DNA from: a virus
Lineage: Duplodnaviria > Caudoviricetes
Virus record (IMG/VR): IMGVR_UViG_3300020473_000037
Location: 1-54,125 of that record
Strand: one strand, 5' to 3'
DNA: 54,125 nt
A program made the translations under genes and the position numbers. Of the stretch, positions 1 to 6,880 are shown one piece after another. The notes under the pieces were generated by a model, which saw only the letters and a program-made list of their open reading frames with translations, made no database searches and was not told the origin of the DNA. Positions within the stretch are counted from its first letter, which is position 1. Each line of letters starts with the position of its first letter.

Positions 1-123
1 ACATTAGATCACGAGTGGGAGTGCTATGCGATAGATCAGAAGTATAATGAGGATTATTCTGAAATTATTGCTACTAATATAGTACCAACGGAAATTCCTG
101 AAGAGTACCCTGTACAAGTTTAA
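1..123 (+). CDS. 3' end of hypothetical early protein (partial)
   Basis: Frame 1 is open from the window start (TLDHEWECYAID...YPVQV) to TAA 121-123, which lies inside the first early-promoter palindrome. Confidence 0.6.
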   Translation, partial: TLDHEWECYAIDQKYNEDYSEIIATNIVPTEIPEEYPVQV

Positions 124-171
124 GAACTGTCACACTAGGGGTTGCCAGATCCCCTACAAAACTGGTATACT
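112..171 (+). promoter_or_regulatory. early promoter element copy 1
   Basis: AACTGTCACAC arm 125-135, hairpin TAGGGG/CCCCTA 136-156, TGG-TATACT -10 at 166-171. Confidence 0.75.
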
Positions 172-176
172 ATATG

Positions 177-286
177 AGTTGAGGCAAGGGTGACGTTCAC
201 TATTCGTCTTTAAATCGAACCTCTCAACTGCTCTAACCCCTTTTGGTAGTTTTAGGATTAGAGGCGATAGAAAATTACCACTTTTT
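177..286 (+). ncRNA. candidate structured RNA leader (hairpin plus pseudoknot)
   Basis: AGTTGAG 177-183 pairs with CTCAACT 223-229; TGGTAGTTTT 244-253 with AAAATTACCA 271-280; CTCTAA 231-236 is complementary to loop TTAGAG 258-263. Confidence 0.45.
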
Positions 287-308
287 AATTCCATCACGAC
301 TTTTTATT

Positions 309-422
309 ATGTCACGCACTTTTGCTGAATTCCTTCTTGAGAACGCTGAGACTGGGAATGAAATCCTAGCAGTTCTTGAGGATATTGTAAATGTAGTAGA
401 GACAGGAGGAACTGATCTCTAA
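309..422 (+). CDS. small acidic hypothetical protein (37 aa)
   Basis: Manual translation MSRTFAEFLLENAETGNEILAVLEDIVNVVETGGTDL; fills the space between two promoter elements. Confidence 0.6.
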   Translation: MSRTFAEFLLENAETGNEILAVLEDIVNVVETGGTDL

Positions 423-478
423 GACACTCTACAAACTGACACAAGACCCCTTCTCAGGGGTCTTTTTTTTGCTATAAT
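423..478 (+). promoter_or_regulatory. early promoter element copy 2 with embedded terminator hairpin
   Basis: AAACTGACACAA, AAGACCCC/GGGGTCTT hairpin plus T-tract, TGCTATAAT with -10 at 473-478. Confidence 0.8.
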
Positions 479-503
479 ATAAGAGTAAACAACAAAGGGT
501 CTT

Positions 504-860
504 ATGACTGCAACACCAACATCAAAAGAAGTAACAGTTGATGAGATTCTACCACTTCCTGTAAAGGTTGAAATGTGGGTGATGGATTTAGTTGATGCAC
601 TTCAGGCAGATTATGATCGTCAGGGTTATTCTTCAGATCGTTACAAGTTTGAAGCAACCGCAGGTCGTAAGTATTGGAAGATCTGTTCTAAAGGTCAAGG
701 GGTTCACGCATTTGTTGACAAGAAAACTGGTGAGGTTTACAAACCAGCATCTTGGAAATCTCCAGCAAAGCACGTTAGATATGATCTAAGGATCATCAGA
801 GAACGTGAAGAGTGCCTAATGAGGGCAGATTGGGCAGGTGGTTATCTCTACATGAGGTAA
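504..860 (+). CDS. conserved T4-like cyanophage early hypothetical protein
   Basis: 118-aa ORF with GRKYWKI, VHAFVDKKTGEVYKPASW and DWAGGYLY motifs typical of a marine phage family; AAAGG RBS upstream. Confidence 0.85.
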   Translation: MTATPTSKEVTVDEILPLPVKVEMWVMDLVDALQADYDRQGYSSDRYKFEATAGRKYWKICSKGQGVHAFVDKKTGEVYKPASWKSPAKHVRYDLRIIREREECLMRADWAGGYLYMR

Positions 861-866
861 TCACCA

Positions 867-1064
867 ATGAGAAGGAGAATCTTACCAATGGATGAACAAA
901 AAACAACAGTCAATAGGTTTCTAACTTCAGATGACCTGTATTTTGCTTGTAAAAACGATTCTGAATTGATGAGAGAGATTTGTCACAATTACATCCTTCA
1001 TTTAGATGATGATGAGGTGTCTATGTTAGATCAAAATCTTAAAGAAAATTACGGATTGGATTAA
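867..1064 (+). CDS. hypothetical protein
   Basis: 65-aa ORF, GAGGT RBS, tightly packed with neighbours. Confidence 0.65.
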   Translation: MRRRILPMDEQKTTVNRFLTSDDLYFACKNDSELMREICHNYILHLDDDEVSMLDQNLKENYGLD

Positions 1065-1177
1065 TGGCGAAAAACATGACTGCAAAGGAGAAATTATTAT
1101 TTCTTCTATCATTCTTTTGGTTTATGCACTGGGGTGTAAATATAGTATCACTACTAATCACCAAACTTGCATACTAA
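1064..1177 (+). CDS. small membrane peptide (37 aa)
   Basis: TAATG overlap; MAKNMTAKEKLLFLLSFFWFMHWGVNIVSLLITKLAY is hydrophobic. Confidence 0.55.
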   Translation: MAKNMTAKEKLLFLLSFFWFMHWGVNIVSLLITKLAY

Positions 1178-1181
1178 TCAA

Positions 1182-1343
1182 ATGAACACTTATCCCGAAT
1201 CTGAGTATCCGAATTTATATGAGGAGATAGTAAAGGATCACAATTTTCGTTATGGAAAGTTTAGTCCTATTCCTTATCCCAATATGTTGGATAAAAAACA
1301 ACCAATCGTTATTGATTGGAATCAAAAATCTAAAGAAAACTAA
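1182..1343 (+). CDS. hypothetical protein (53 aa)
   Basis: Manual translation MNTYPESEYPNLYEEIVKD...; stop overlaps the next ATG. Confidence 0.55.
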   Translation: MNTYPESEYPNLYEEIVKDHNFRYGKFSPIPYPNMLDKKQPIVIDWNQKSKEN

Positions 1344-1528
1344 TGGAACCTTTCAACTGGGCAGTAACAGACACTTGGAACTTTGAGGAAGAAACTTCCA
1401 TCAATTTCTATGAGTTTGAAAATGCAAAAGACTATGCTAAAACGTGGTTAAAAGAAGGTCACGTTAATTCAGCATACCTATGGAAACTAACAACTGGAAA
1501 CCCTATTAAATGGATGGAGGTATCCTAA
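1343..1528 (+). CDS. hypothetical protein
   Basis: 61-aa ORF with TAATG coupling at both ends. Confidence 0.7.
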   Translation: MEPFNWAVTDTWNFEEETSINFYEFENAKDYAKTWLKEGHVNSAYLWKLTTGNPIKWMEVS

Positions 1529-1716
1529 TGAAAACATTTCACGTTAAATGCTATGAGACAGTATATTTTACTGTTGCAGTTGAAGCAGAAAACGAAGAGC
1601 AAGCGAAAGAACTTGCTCACGAAGATATAAACTCATTTGAAGTTATTTCAGAAGCAACTTCTGAATGGGATATTGAAGAAGTTATACCAGAAGATGGGGA
1701 GTGGTATAACAAATGA
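1528..1716 (+). CDS. small acidic protein with VEAENEEQA motif
   Basis: Start at 1528 after GGAGG RBS; V-x-A-x-x-x-E-x-A motif common in small phage proteins. Confidence 0.7.
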   Translation: MKTFHVKCYETVYFTVAVEAENEEQAKELAHEDINSFEVISEATSEWDIEEVIPEDGEWYNK

Positions 1717-2105
1717 CCTTATTCATATCAGGTGATTGGATCATTGATAAGGATAGGGAAACCACTAACTCAGTATTTGATTTTATGTGTGAAATGTTCC
1801 CTATTCTTAGTGGTAAGGAAATTGAAGTCAATCAAGTTGATTTATATGATGATAATGCTTTTGGATTTTGTCAAGTGGATGAGGATGGAGAATTTTTAAT
1901 TCATATTCATAATGATTTGGATAGGGATGATTATATAATCACATTAATCCATGAATTAGTACACGTTAAACAGACTTTAACTGGACTAATGGATTATGAT
2001 AGGAGAGAAGAAGAAGCACTGATATGGGAAAAGTTATTATTCCATAGATTGAAATTAAGATTAGGTGAGCGTGTGCCAGATAAATTTCTGTCTCCTGAAC
2101 GCTGA
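1713..2105 (+). CDS. putative HExxH zinc metallopeptidase
   Basis: AFGFC ... TLIHELVHVKQ ... REEEA zincin-type motifs. Confidence 0.75.
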   Translation: MTLFISGDWIIDKDRETTNSVFDFMCEMFPILSGKEIEVNQVDLYDDNAFGFCQVDEDGEFLIHIHNDLDRDDYIITLIHELVHVKQTLTGLMDYDRREEEALIWEKLLFHRLKLRLGERVPDKFLSPER

Positions 2106-2129
2106 AAAGTGGTTCAGATTTGCTATAAT
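2071..2129 (+). promoter_or_regulatory. early promoter element copy 3
   Basis: GTGCCAGA...TCTGTCTC degenerate palindrome, TGAAC/GTTCA stem, TGCTATAAT with -10 at 2124-2129. Confidence 0.65.
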
Positions 2130-2157
2130 ACTAATGTAATCAACAAAGGAGGACACT

Positions 2158-2469
2158 TTGACCAGTTTAGAAAAGATTCTTTCTGAAGAAGATCTTAAGT
2201 ACATTGATGCTATCGAAGATCAGTTTGTGGATTATGTTTGGTCATTCTATGGTAATGAAGAACCATTGTATCCTATTGTGGGATTGACCAAGAAAGATAT
2301 TGTAGATGCCTTTAAAATCTATGTTGATAGAATATTAAAAGGTGATCTTGAATATGTTCATTACTCTTGGGGTGATGGAGATAGTCTTGATCGTGAGAGA
2401 GTCAGAGATATAATACTTGAAAATCCAAAGTTTGAATTTGTAAACCGTTTCACATTATTAGGAGTTTAA
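2158..2469 (+). CDS. hypothetical protein
   Basis: 103-aa ORF, TTG start after AAAGGAGG; FVDYVWSFYG and GDSLDRERVRD motifs. Confidence 0.75.
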   Translation: MTSLEKILSEEDLKYIDAIEDQFVDYVWSFYGNEEPLYPIVGLTKKDIVDAFKIYVDRILKGDLEYVHYSWGDGDSLDRERVRDIILENPKFEFVNRFTLLGV

Positions 2470-2473
2470 TCTA

Positions 2474-2704
2474 ATGCTAGTTTCAGAATCATTTGGAAGA
2501 CATTTCTGGGTTGATGATGAAGATCAATTCAGATCAGCACCTTCATTCAAGGATAATACTGCTGATATGGACAATGCTGATTATGTATCAGAGTGGACTG
2601 AATGGGAAGGGGTTAATTTTGAAAACCTCTTGAACATATACAAGACCGAATTGTATAACAAGTGGAACCACGGTGGTGGTATCTACATTCTTAATGGAGT
2701 TTAA
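2474..2704 (+). CDS. hypothetical protein
   Basis: 76-aa ORF after GGAG RBS, flanked by 16-bp direct repeats. Confidence 0.7.
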   Translation: MLVSESFGRHFWVDDEDQFRSAPSFKDNTADMDNADYVSEWTEWEGVNFENLLNIYKTELYNKWNHGGGIYILNGV

Positions 2705-2708
2705 TCTA

Positions 2709-2960
2709 ATGAGTAACACTGCACAACTTGAAAAGAACATTGCCTTTTGCATTGATGAATGTGATATGGGTGATGAACAGATTGGTGAAATGCTCAGATG
2801 TATTGAACGTATGGGCATTGCATCAGTTGAGCATTTTTGTGAAGAGTTTGTATTTGTTGAAATTGATGATGATGGAGAAGATTATGTATCTGATAATTGG
2901 CATAATGATGAGTATTTGAACATTGCTGAGTTTAACGCAATGTACTGGGAAGGAAACTAA
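2709..2960 (+). CDS. acidic hypothetical protein
   Basis: Likely start MSNTAQLEK at 2709 after GGAG; SVEHFCEEF motif. Confidence 0.7.
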   Translation: MSNTAQLEKNIAFCIDECDMGDEQIGEMLRCIERMGIASVEHFCEEFVFVEIDDDGEDYVSDNWHNDEYLNIAEFNAMYWEGN

Positions 2961-2964
2961 CCAG

Positions 2965-3023
2965 TCACCCACTTTATAAACTGGTACAAGCAATGTTGAA
3001 ATGATGCCTGTATCAGTTATAAT
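2965..3023 (+). promoter_or_regulatory. early promoter element copy 4
   Basis: AAACTGGTACAA arm, TATAAT at 3018-3023, then GTAAACAACCAAAGGAG leader. Confidence 0.7.
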
Positions 3024-3051
3024 AGTATTGTAAACAACCAAAGGAGATCAA

Positions 3052-3219
3052 ATGAGTGAATCAAGAAGAACACTGACTATCTCCGAGGCAGAGGAATCTG
3101 TACTTGTTGAAATGGTTCAGTTTTTCAATGATATGGGTTGGATCAATGAAGAGTCATCAACCGAGTATGATTCATTAGTTGAGAAAATCTGTGAACCAGC
3201 ATTTTGGGAGTACAGTTAA
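3052..3219 (+). CDS. hypothetical protein (55 aa), paralog of 6881-7042
   Basis: MSESRRTLTISEAEESVLVEMVQFFNDMGW...YDSLVEK; AAAGGAG RBS. Confidence 0.7.
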   Translation: MSESRRTLTISEAEESVLVEMVQFFNDMGWINEESSTEYDSLVEKICEPAFWEYS

Positions 3220-3380
3220 TGAGAACATTACACTTGACTCACGATGAATTTGAAGTCCTGTATGATACAGTTGAAAATGTAATACAGGATATTGAGAGTG
3301 ACGAAGTACAGTTGAGTGATTATAAAATTTTTAACATTTACCAAAAACTTCAATCAATGGGGCATCAATCCAATGACTAA
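3219..3380 (+). CDS. hypothetical protein (53 aa)
   Basis: TAATG overlap; MRTLHLTHDEFEVLYDTVE... Confidence 0.6.
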   Translation: MRTLHLTHDEFEVLYDTVENVIQDIESDEVQLSDYKIFNIYQKLQSMGHQSND

Positions 3381-3684
3381 TTATTCAAGAAAAGCAAATC
3401 CAAACGCAACCAACAGTGAATTGGATGCTAAGGTGATTATCAAGCACCCTCAATTAAATAATTCTCAAAGAGATGAACTAATTGAGCAATTTGTAGAAAT
3501 ACAACTTGATAATATGGATACTCAATCTTTATATGAGTTAGCATCAGAATATCTCTTAAATTCATTTGATAGATTAACAGACAATGAGATCAAAGAGAGA
3601 ATAGAAAGTTTATATGATGCAGAATTATATGAGGAGTTGGTAGAGAACATTCAAGTATCCGATCTTATGAAGGAGGTTTCCTAA
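3373..3684 (+). CDS. hypothetical protein
   Basis: Likely start MTNYSRK at 3373; acidic and helical. Confidence 0.7.
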   Translation: MTNYSRKANPNATNSELDAKVIIKHPQLNNSQRDELIEQFVEIQLDNMDTQSLYELASEYLLNSFDRLTDNEIKERIESLYDAELYEELVENIQVSDLMKEVS

Positions 3685-4070
3685 TGACTAAGCAAGCATT
3701 TGAACCAAAAGTAGAGGAAGATCTCAATCGACCTTACAACGTGACCTTAACTGAAGGTCAGATTGCTACCATTCTATATGTAATGGAAGGATATACTCAG
3801 GGAAGTGATGATTATCATTTTGATGATGATTTCAATAGGGATGTGGATAATATCTTTAAGTCATTAGAAGGTGCGGTGGACTCTTATTATGATGAGCAAA
3901 AACAAATTGCTCAAGCATTATATGATTCACAACAAAAGCAACCAATACCTGAATGGGATGAAACGGTAGAAGATGCACAGGAAAATAATGTACCATATTC
4001 AACATTGAATGAGGATGATTATGGTAGTAAGGTAGATGCACTTGTAGATTCAATGAAGGAGGGTGGATAA
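3684..4070 (+). CDS. acidic hypothetical protein
   Basis: 128-aa ORF, GGAGG RBS, TAATG coupling. Confidence 0.75.
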   Translation: MTKQAFEPKVEEDLNRPYNVTLTEGQIATILYVMEGYTQGSDDYHFDDDFNRDVDNIFKSLEGAVDSYYDEQKQIAQALYDSQQKQPIPEWDETVEDAQENNVPYSTLNEDDYGSKVDALVDSMKEGG

Positions 4071-4252
4071 TGACATCAGTTAGTTTCAAACCATTGACTC
4101 TTAAGCATACAAGGGTAAAGAGATTTGGATCACATATCCAATGTCCTAATTGTAGATCCATTTCTAAGGTATATCATTTAGCATGGTGCGGTTTAGGATG
4201 TGAACACTGTGGCGAAATGATAGATAAGCAAAATTGGTTGATTGAGGTCTAA
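4070..4252 (+). CDS. C4 zinc-ribbon protein
   Basis: CPNC ... CEHC pair. Confidence 0.75.
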   Translation: MTSVSFKPLTLKHTRVKRFGSHIQCPNCRSISKVYHLAWCGLGCEHCGEMIDKQNWLIEV

Positions 4253-4494
4253 TGTCCGTATCGCAAGAAACTATCAATAAAATGTGTGAAGCAATCATTG
4301 ATGATGTTGCACAATACATTTCAGAGGATCCACGTTTTGTAGATTTACTATCTGAGATAGTTTTAGATGCGATTCAAAGTAAGTTAGGCAAATTAGAACC
4401 AAAGATCCTATTAAGTCTCACACGCAGCATTTCACTCAGATTAAGGTGTAGTGCTAACTATAGTGAAGTGTTTTATCCACGGTGTCCATTATGA
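4252..4494 (+). CDS. hypothetical protein
   Basis: 80-aa ORF, GAGG RBS and TAATG coupling. Confidence 0.7.
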   Translation: MSVSQETINKMCEAIIDDVAQYISEDPRFVDLLSEIVLDAIQSKLGKLEPKILLSLTRSISLRLRCSANYSEVFYPRCPL

Positions 4495-4670
4495 ATTCCT
4501 CAAATATCGAATTAACAGTAAATGAATGTGACTTCATATTAGACTTGTTAGATAGTATAAAAGATGGTAGAGTAGAAAGGGCAGCAAAGGTTAATAATGC
4601 AAATCCCCGAACTGTCTATCGTAAATTGGCACTTTACGCCAATATAAAAGAACAAATTGATTCATTTTAA
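4491..4670 (+). CDS. hypothetical protein
   Basis: ATGA overlap with the upstream stop; IELTVNECDFILDLL N-terminus. Confidence 0.6.
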   Translation: MNSSNIELTVNECDFILDLLDSIKDGRVERAAKVNNANPRTVYRKLALYANIKEQIDSF

Positions 4671-4679
4671 AAATCCCCA

Positions 4680-4772
4680 ATGATCCACACTATCATCACT
4701 GCAATTGGAATTATCGTTATTTTAACGGTTATCAGCACTGTTTTTCTTATGAGGTGGTATGACCCCAGATAA
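4680..4772 (+). CDS. membrane micro-peptide (30 aa)
   Basis: MIHTIITAIGIIVILTVISTVFLMRWYDPR, one hydrophobic helix. Confidence 0.5.
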   Translation: MIHTIITAIGIIVILTVISTVFLMRWYDPR

Positions 4773-5034
4773 ACAACGTAAAATCCATCCATCTGAATAT
4801 ATGTCCACAGATTGTTGGAAGTATTCAGGCGGTCCAGTTGTTGCTCCATATAAAAGAGGATCCCGCCATAATAAAATTGGTATGTGGATCATGTGGATAT
4901 TTTACATTATAGTAAGTATTCAGTTAATCATTGCATTTGCTACCATTCCATTTTTCCCTATTACTTTCATTACTCTTATTATACTATCATTAATGTCCTA
5001 TGTTGTAGTAGTTGCAAAAATGAATAATTCATAG
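4759..5034 (+). CDS. small membrane protein
   Basis: 91 aa with two C-terminal hydrophobic segments; GAGGTGG RBS. Confidence 0.65.
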   Translation: MTPDKQRKIHPSEYMSTDCWKYSGGPVVAPYKRGSRHNKIGMWIMWIFYIIVSIQLIIAFATIPFFPITFITLIILSLMSYVVVVAKMNNS

Positions 5035-5110
5035 TATAATGAAAGACATAAACGAGGGGTACAGCGATTTTTTTATCCCACCCCATATATAATACACTTG
5101 CATAAAAACA

Positions 5111-5305
5111 ATGGTACAAGACAATCGTAGATACAAAATTCTGCAACTGGTAACGACTGGATGGGAACTTGCTGATCCTGTAAATGGTGTTAATCTTGAT
5201 AGACAACAATGTGATGCAACTCTTGAATCACTTGTAAACCTTGAAGGTATTAATCCATCTAAGTTAAAGGTAGTATTAAACGAAACACCCCTTCCACCAA
5301 ACTAA
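5111..5305 (+). CDS. hypothetical protein
   Basis: 64-aa ORF; YKI..TTGWEL and EGINP..LKV motifs. Confidence 0.7.
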   Translation: MVQDNRRYKILQLVTTGWELADPVNGVNLDRQQCDATLESLVNLEGINPSKLKVVLNETPLPPN

Positions 5306-5311
5306 CCAGCA

Positions 5312-5650
5312 ATGGAAAGTGCCTATGAACCAGAGGTTAATGATTATGTAATATGGGATCAAGGTGAATATGGTAAGCATGAAGGATGGGTTTATTTCAA
5401 GGGTGATCCTGTAGACAATGAAAAGAGAGTCAAGGATGGGTGGAAACCTGTATCCAGATATATCACAATAGAAACTTCGATCAGACCTAAACCCCATGAT
5501 GATTATGCGAAAGGTGATCCCCATCAATTCATTCATACTTTACTATTATGTTATGAGTCAGAGTGGTCTAATCTCATATTCGTAAAGAAACGTAAGAGTA
5601 AGAATATATCTCATTGGTCACAGTATGATGATATAGCAGGTAATGAGTAA
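5312..5650 (+). CDS. conserved cyanophage hypothetical protein
   Basis: YEPEVNDYVIW, EGWVYFK, YITIE and LLCY motifs. Confidence 0.75.
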   Translation: MESAYEPEVNDYVIWDQGEYGKHEGWVYFKGDPVDNEKRVKDGWKPVSRYITIETSIRPKPHDDYAKGDPHQFIHTLLLCYESEWSNLIFVKKRKSKNISHWSQYDDIAGNE

Positions 5651-5653
5651 GTG

Positions 5654-5797
5654 ATGTGGAATTTCAAATCAAAGAAGGTTATACTGTTCTTAATCATTAC
5701 AGGATGGATAAGGTTATTATTCATTCTAACCCCTATTGTATTAGTTTATTTTGGAGTACAAAGTGATGTTAGCACCCCTACAAAGCAGATGGAATAA
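5654..5797 (+). CDS. small membrane protein (47 aa)
   Basis: MWNFKSKKVILFLIITGWIRLLFILTPIVLVYFG... Confidence 0.5.
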   Translation: MWNFKSKKVILFLIITGWIRLLFILTPIVLVYFGVQSDVSTPTKQME

Positions 5798-5939
5798 AGG
5801 CATAGATTTAATACACATTGACCTTAGAACATTAGAGGATAAATGGGATAGTATAAACAGACAAATTAAGTTCAATTTACATGCTAATTACTGTATTGAT
5901 ACCCTATGGAGTCTTGATGTAGATGATATATGGGATTAG
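5766..5939 (+). CDS. hypothetical protein
   Basis: ORF MLAPLQSRW...DDIWD following a GGAG RBS. Confidence 0.5.
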   Translation: MLAPLQSRWNKGIDLIHIDLRTLEDKWDSINRQIKFNLHANYCIDTLWSLDVDDIWD

Positions 5940-6024
5940 AGGGGTTTTGTATCAGTTTATACCATTTTAATGCTAAAAATAGGTTTTAAATACCTTTATA
6001 AATATTAAATCGTTTTTTATTCGG

Positions 6025-6101
6025 ATTCTCAATAGTGAGTTCTTATTGATACTCAATAGGGTATTGCTATTGATTCTCAGTAATATTAATATATTCTCAA
6101 T
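6025..6101. repeat. cluster of (A)TTCTCAAT(A)-like repeats in AT-rich non-coding DNA
   Basis: ATTCTCAATA 6025-6034, TATTGA-TAC-TCAATA 6044-6058, ATTCTCAG 6073-6080, ATTCTCAAT 6093-6101. Confidence 0.6.
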
Positions 6102-6206
6102 CGGTTAATTTTTTATTAATTTATAGTGTTCTGAATGGTGTATTTTATATACTATTATACTACATCTATATGTCTTTAAATCTCTCAGAGACTTGTGGAC
6201 TAAGCG

Positions 6207-6235
6207 AGCGTACCATAAGACGCTCCTCTTGTCAA
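6207..6235 (-). promoter_or_regulatory. leftward sigma70-like promoter
   Basis: Minus strand TTGACA (6235-6230), 17 nt, TGG-TACGCT (6212-6207). Confidence 0.55.
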
Positions 6236-6297
6236 GTACAGAGACACGAAAATTCACAAAAACCCTTAGAGTCTTTTGTTTACGTTTCGTAACATAA

Positions 6298-6470
6298 ATC
6301 TCGACTAGATACATATATACTATTATGCTTAATGAATCTCGACTAGATTATGTGCATATTATCAGTTATCAAAATCTCGACTAGATTAGCATAACGTCAT
6401 AATACACTTGACATCTCGACTAGATTCATGTATAATAAGCATATATCATCAAACATCAATCTCGACTAGA
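6298..6470 (+). repeat. regularly spaced array of 5 identical ATCTCGACTAGA repeats
   Basis: Copies start at 6298, 6336, 6374, 6413 and 6459 (periods 38, 38, 39, 46) with unique AT-rich spacers. Confidence 0.95.
6408..6436 (+). promoter_or_regulatory. consensus sigma70 promoter with a repeat copy in its spacer
   Basis: TTGACA 6408-6413, 17 nt, TATAAT 6431-6436. Confidence 0.85.
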
Positions 6471-6473
6471 CAC

Positions 6474-6638
6474 ATGGGCGACTACGATGCAACGCAGGTA
6501 TGGGATTACGAGATGTCATCACATGATTATCTCGATGAATCATACACATACAGGCAAGAAGACACATGGGACTTAGATGATGATTACGGGCGAGACAGTA
6601 CAGACTGGCAGCAAATGGCATATATCCATTTTGCCTGA
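6474..6638 (+). CDS. small highly acidic Asp/Tyr-rich protein (54 aa)
   Basis: ATG 3 nt after the fifth repeat, downstream of the consensus promoter; 15 Asp/Glu, 2 Arg, no Lys. Confidence 0.65.
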   Translation: MGDYDATQVWDYEMSSHDYLDESYTYRQEDTWDLDDDYGRDSTDWQQMAYIHFA

Positions 6639-6798
6639 GAACTTGTACGAGTATCCCATTATACCATAGTTCGTCACACTTTCGGCAAGATCGTGGGATA
6701 ATATTAGAAGTGGCACAAGGTCATATATTTTATTATATTCTCAATAAAATCCGTTATTGAGAAACCCAGCCGTAATTTTGAAAAAACTCAGCCGCCCG

Positions 6799-6855
6799 TG
6801 GACAGTCAACAAACTGTCCATTTTTTATGCAAATGGATCGGAAATCGTGTATATT
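6799..6855 (+). promoter_or_regulatory. early promoter element copy 5 (perfect palindrome)
   Basis: TGGACAGT-caacaa-ACTGTCCA 6799-6820; TATATT at 6850-6855. Confidence 0.8.
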
Positions 6856-6880
6856 AGGAAAGTAAACAAACATTTCCAAA

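Noticed and set aside
231-286. HDV-like or other known ribozyme; glutamine riboswitch
   Set aside because: The P3/P1.1 elements and the known consensus cores could not be placed.
5933-5942. GGATTAGAGG identical to 255-264
   Set aside because: A single 10-mer match in 54 kb is compatible with chance.
6105-6314. Minus-strand 69-aa ORF
   Set aside because: It runs through repeats and a promoter, has no RBS, and its composition is not protein-like.
6298-6470. CRISPR array
   Set aside because: The repeat is only 12-15 bp, one spacer carries a promoter, and there are no cas genes in the window. Kept as an unexplained repeat array instead.
6408-6473. TTG start and N-terminal extension of the acidic ORF
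   Set aside because: The TTG is the -35 box of the promoter; ATG 6474 fits better.
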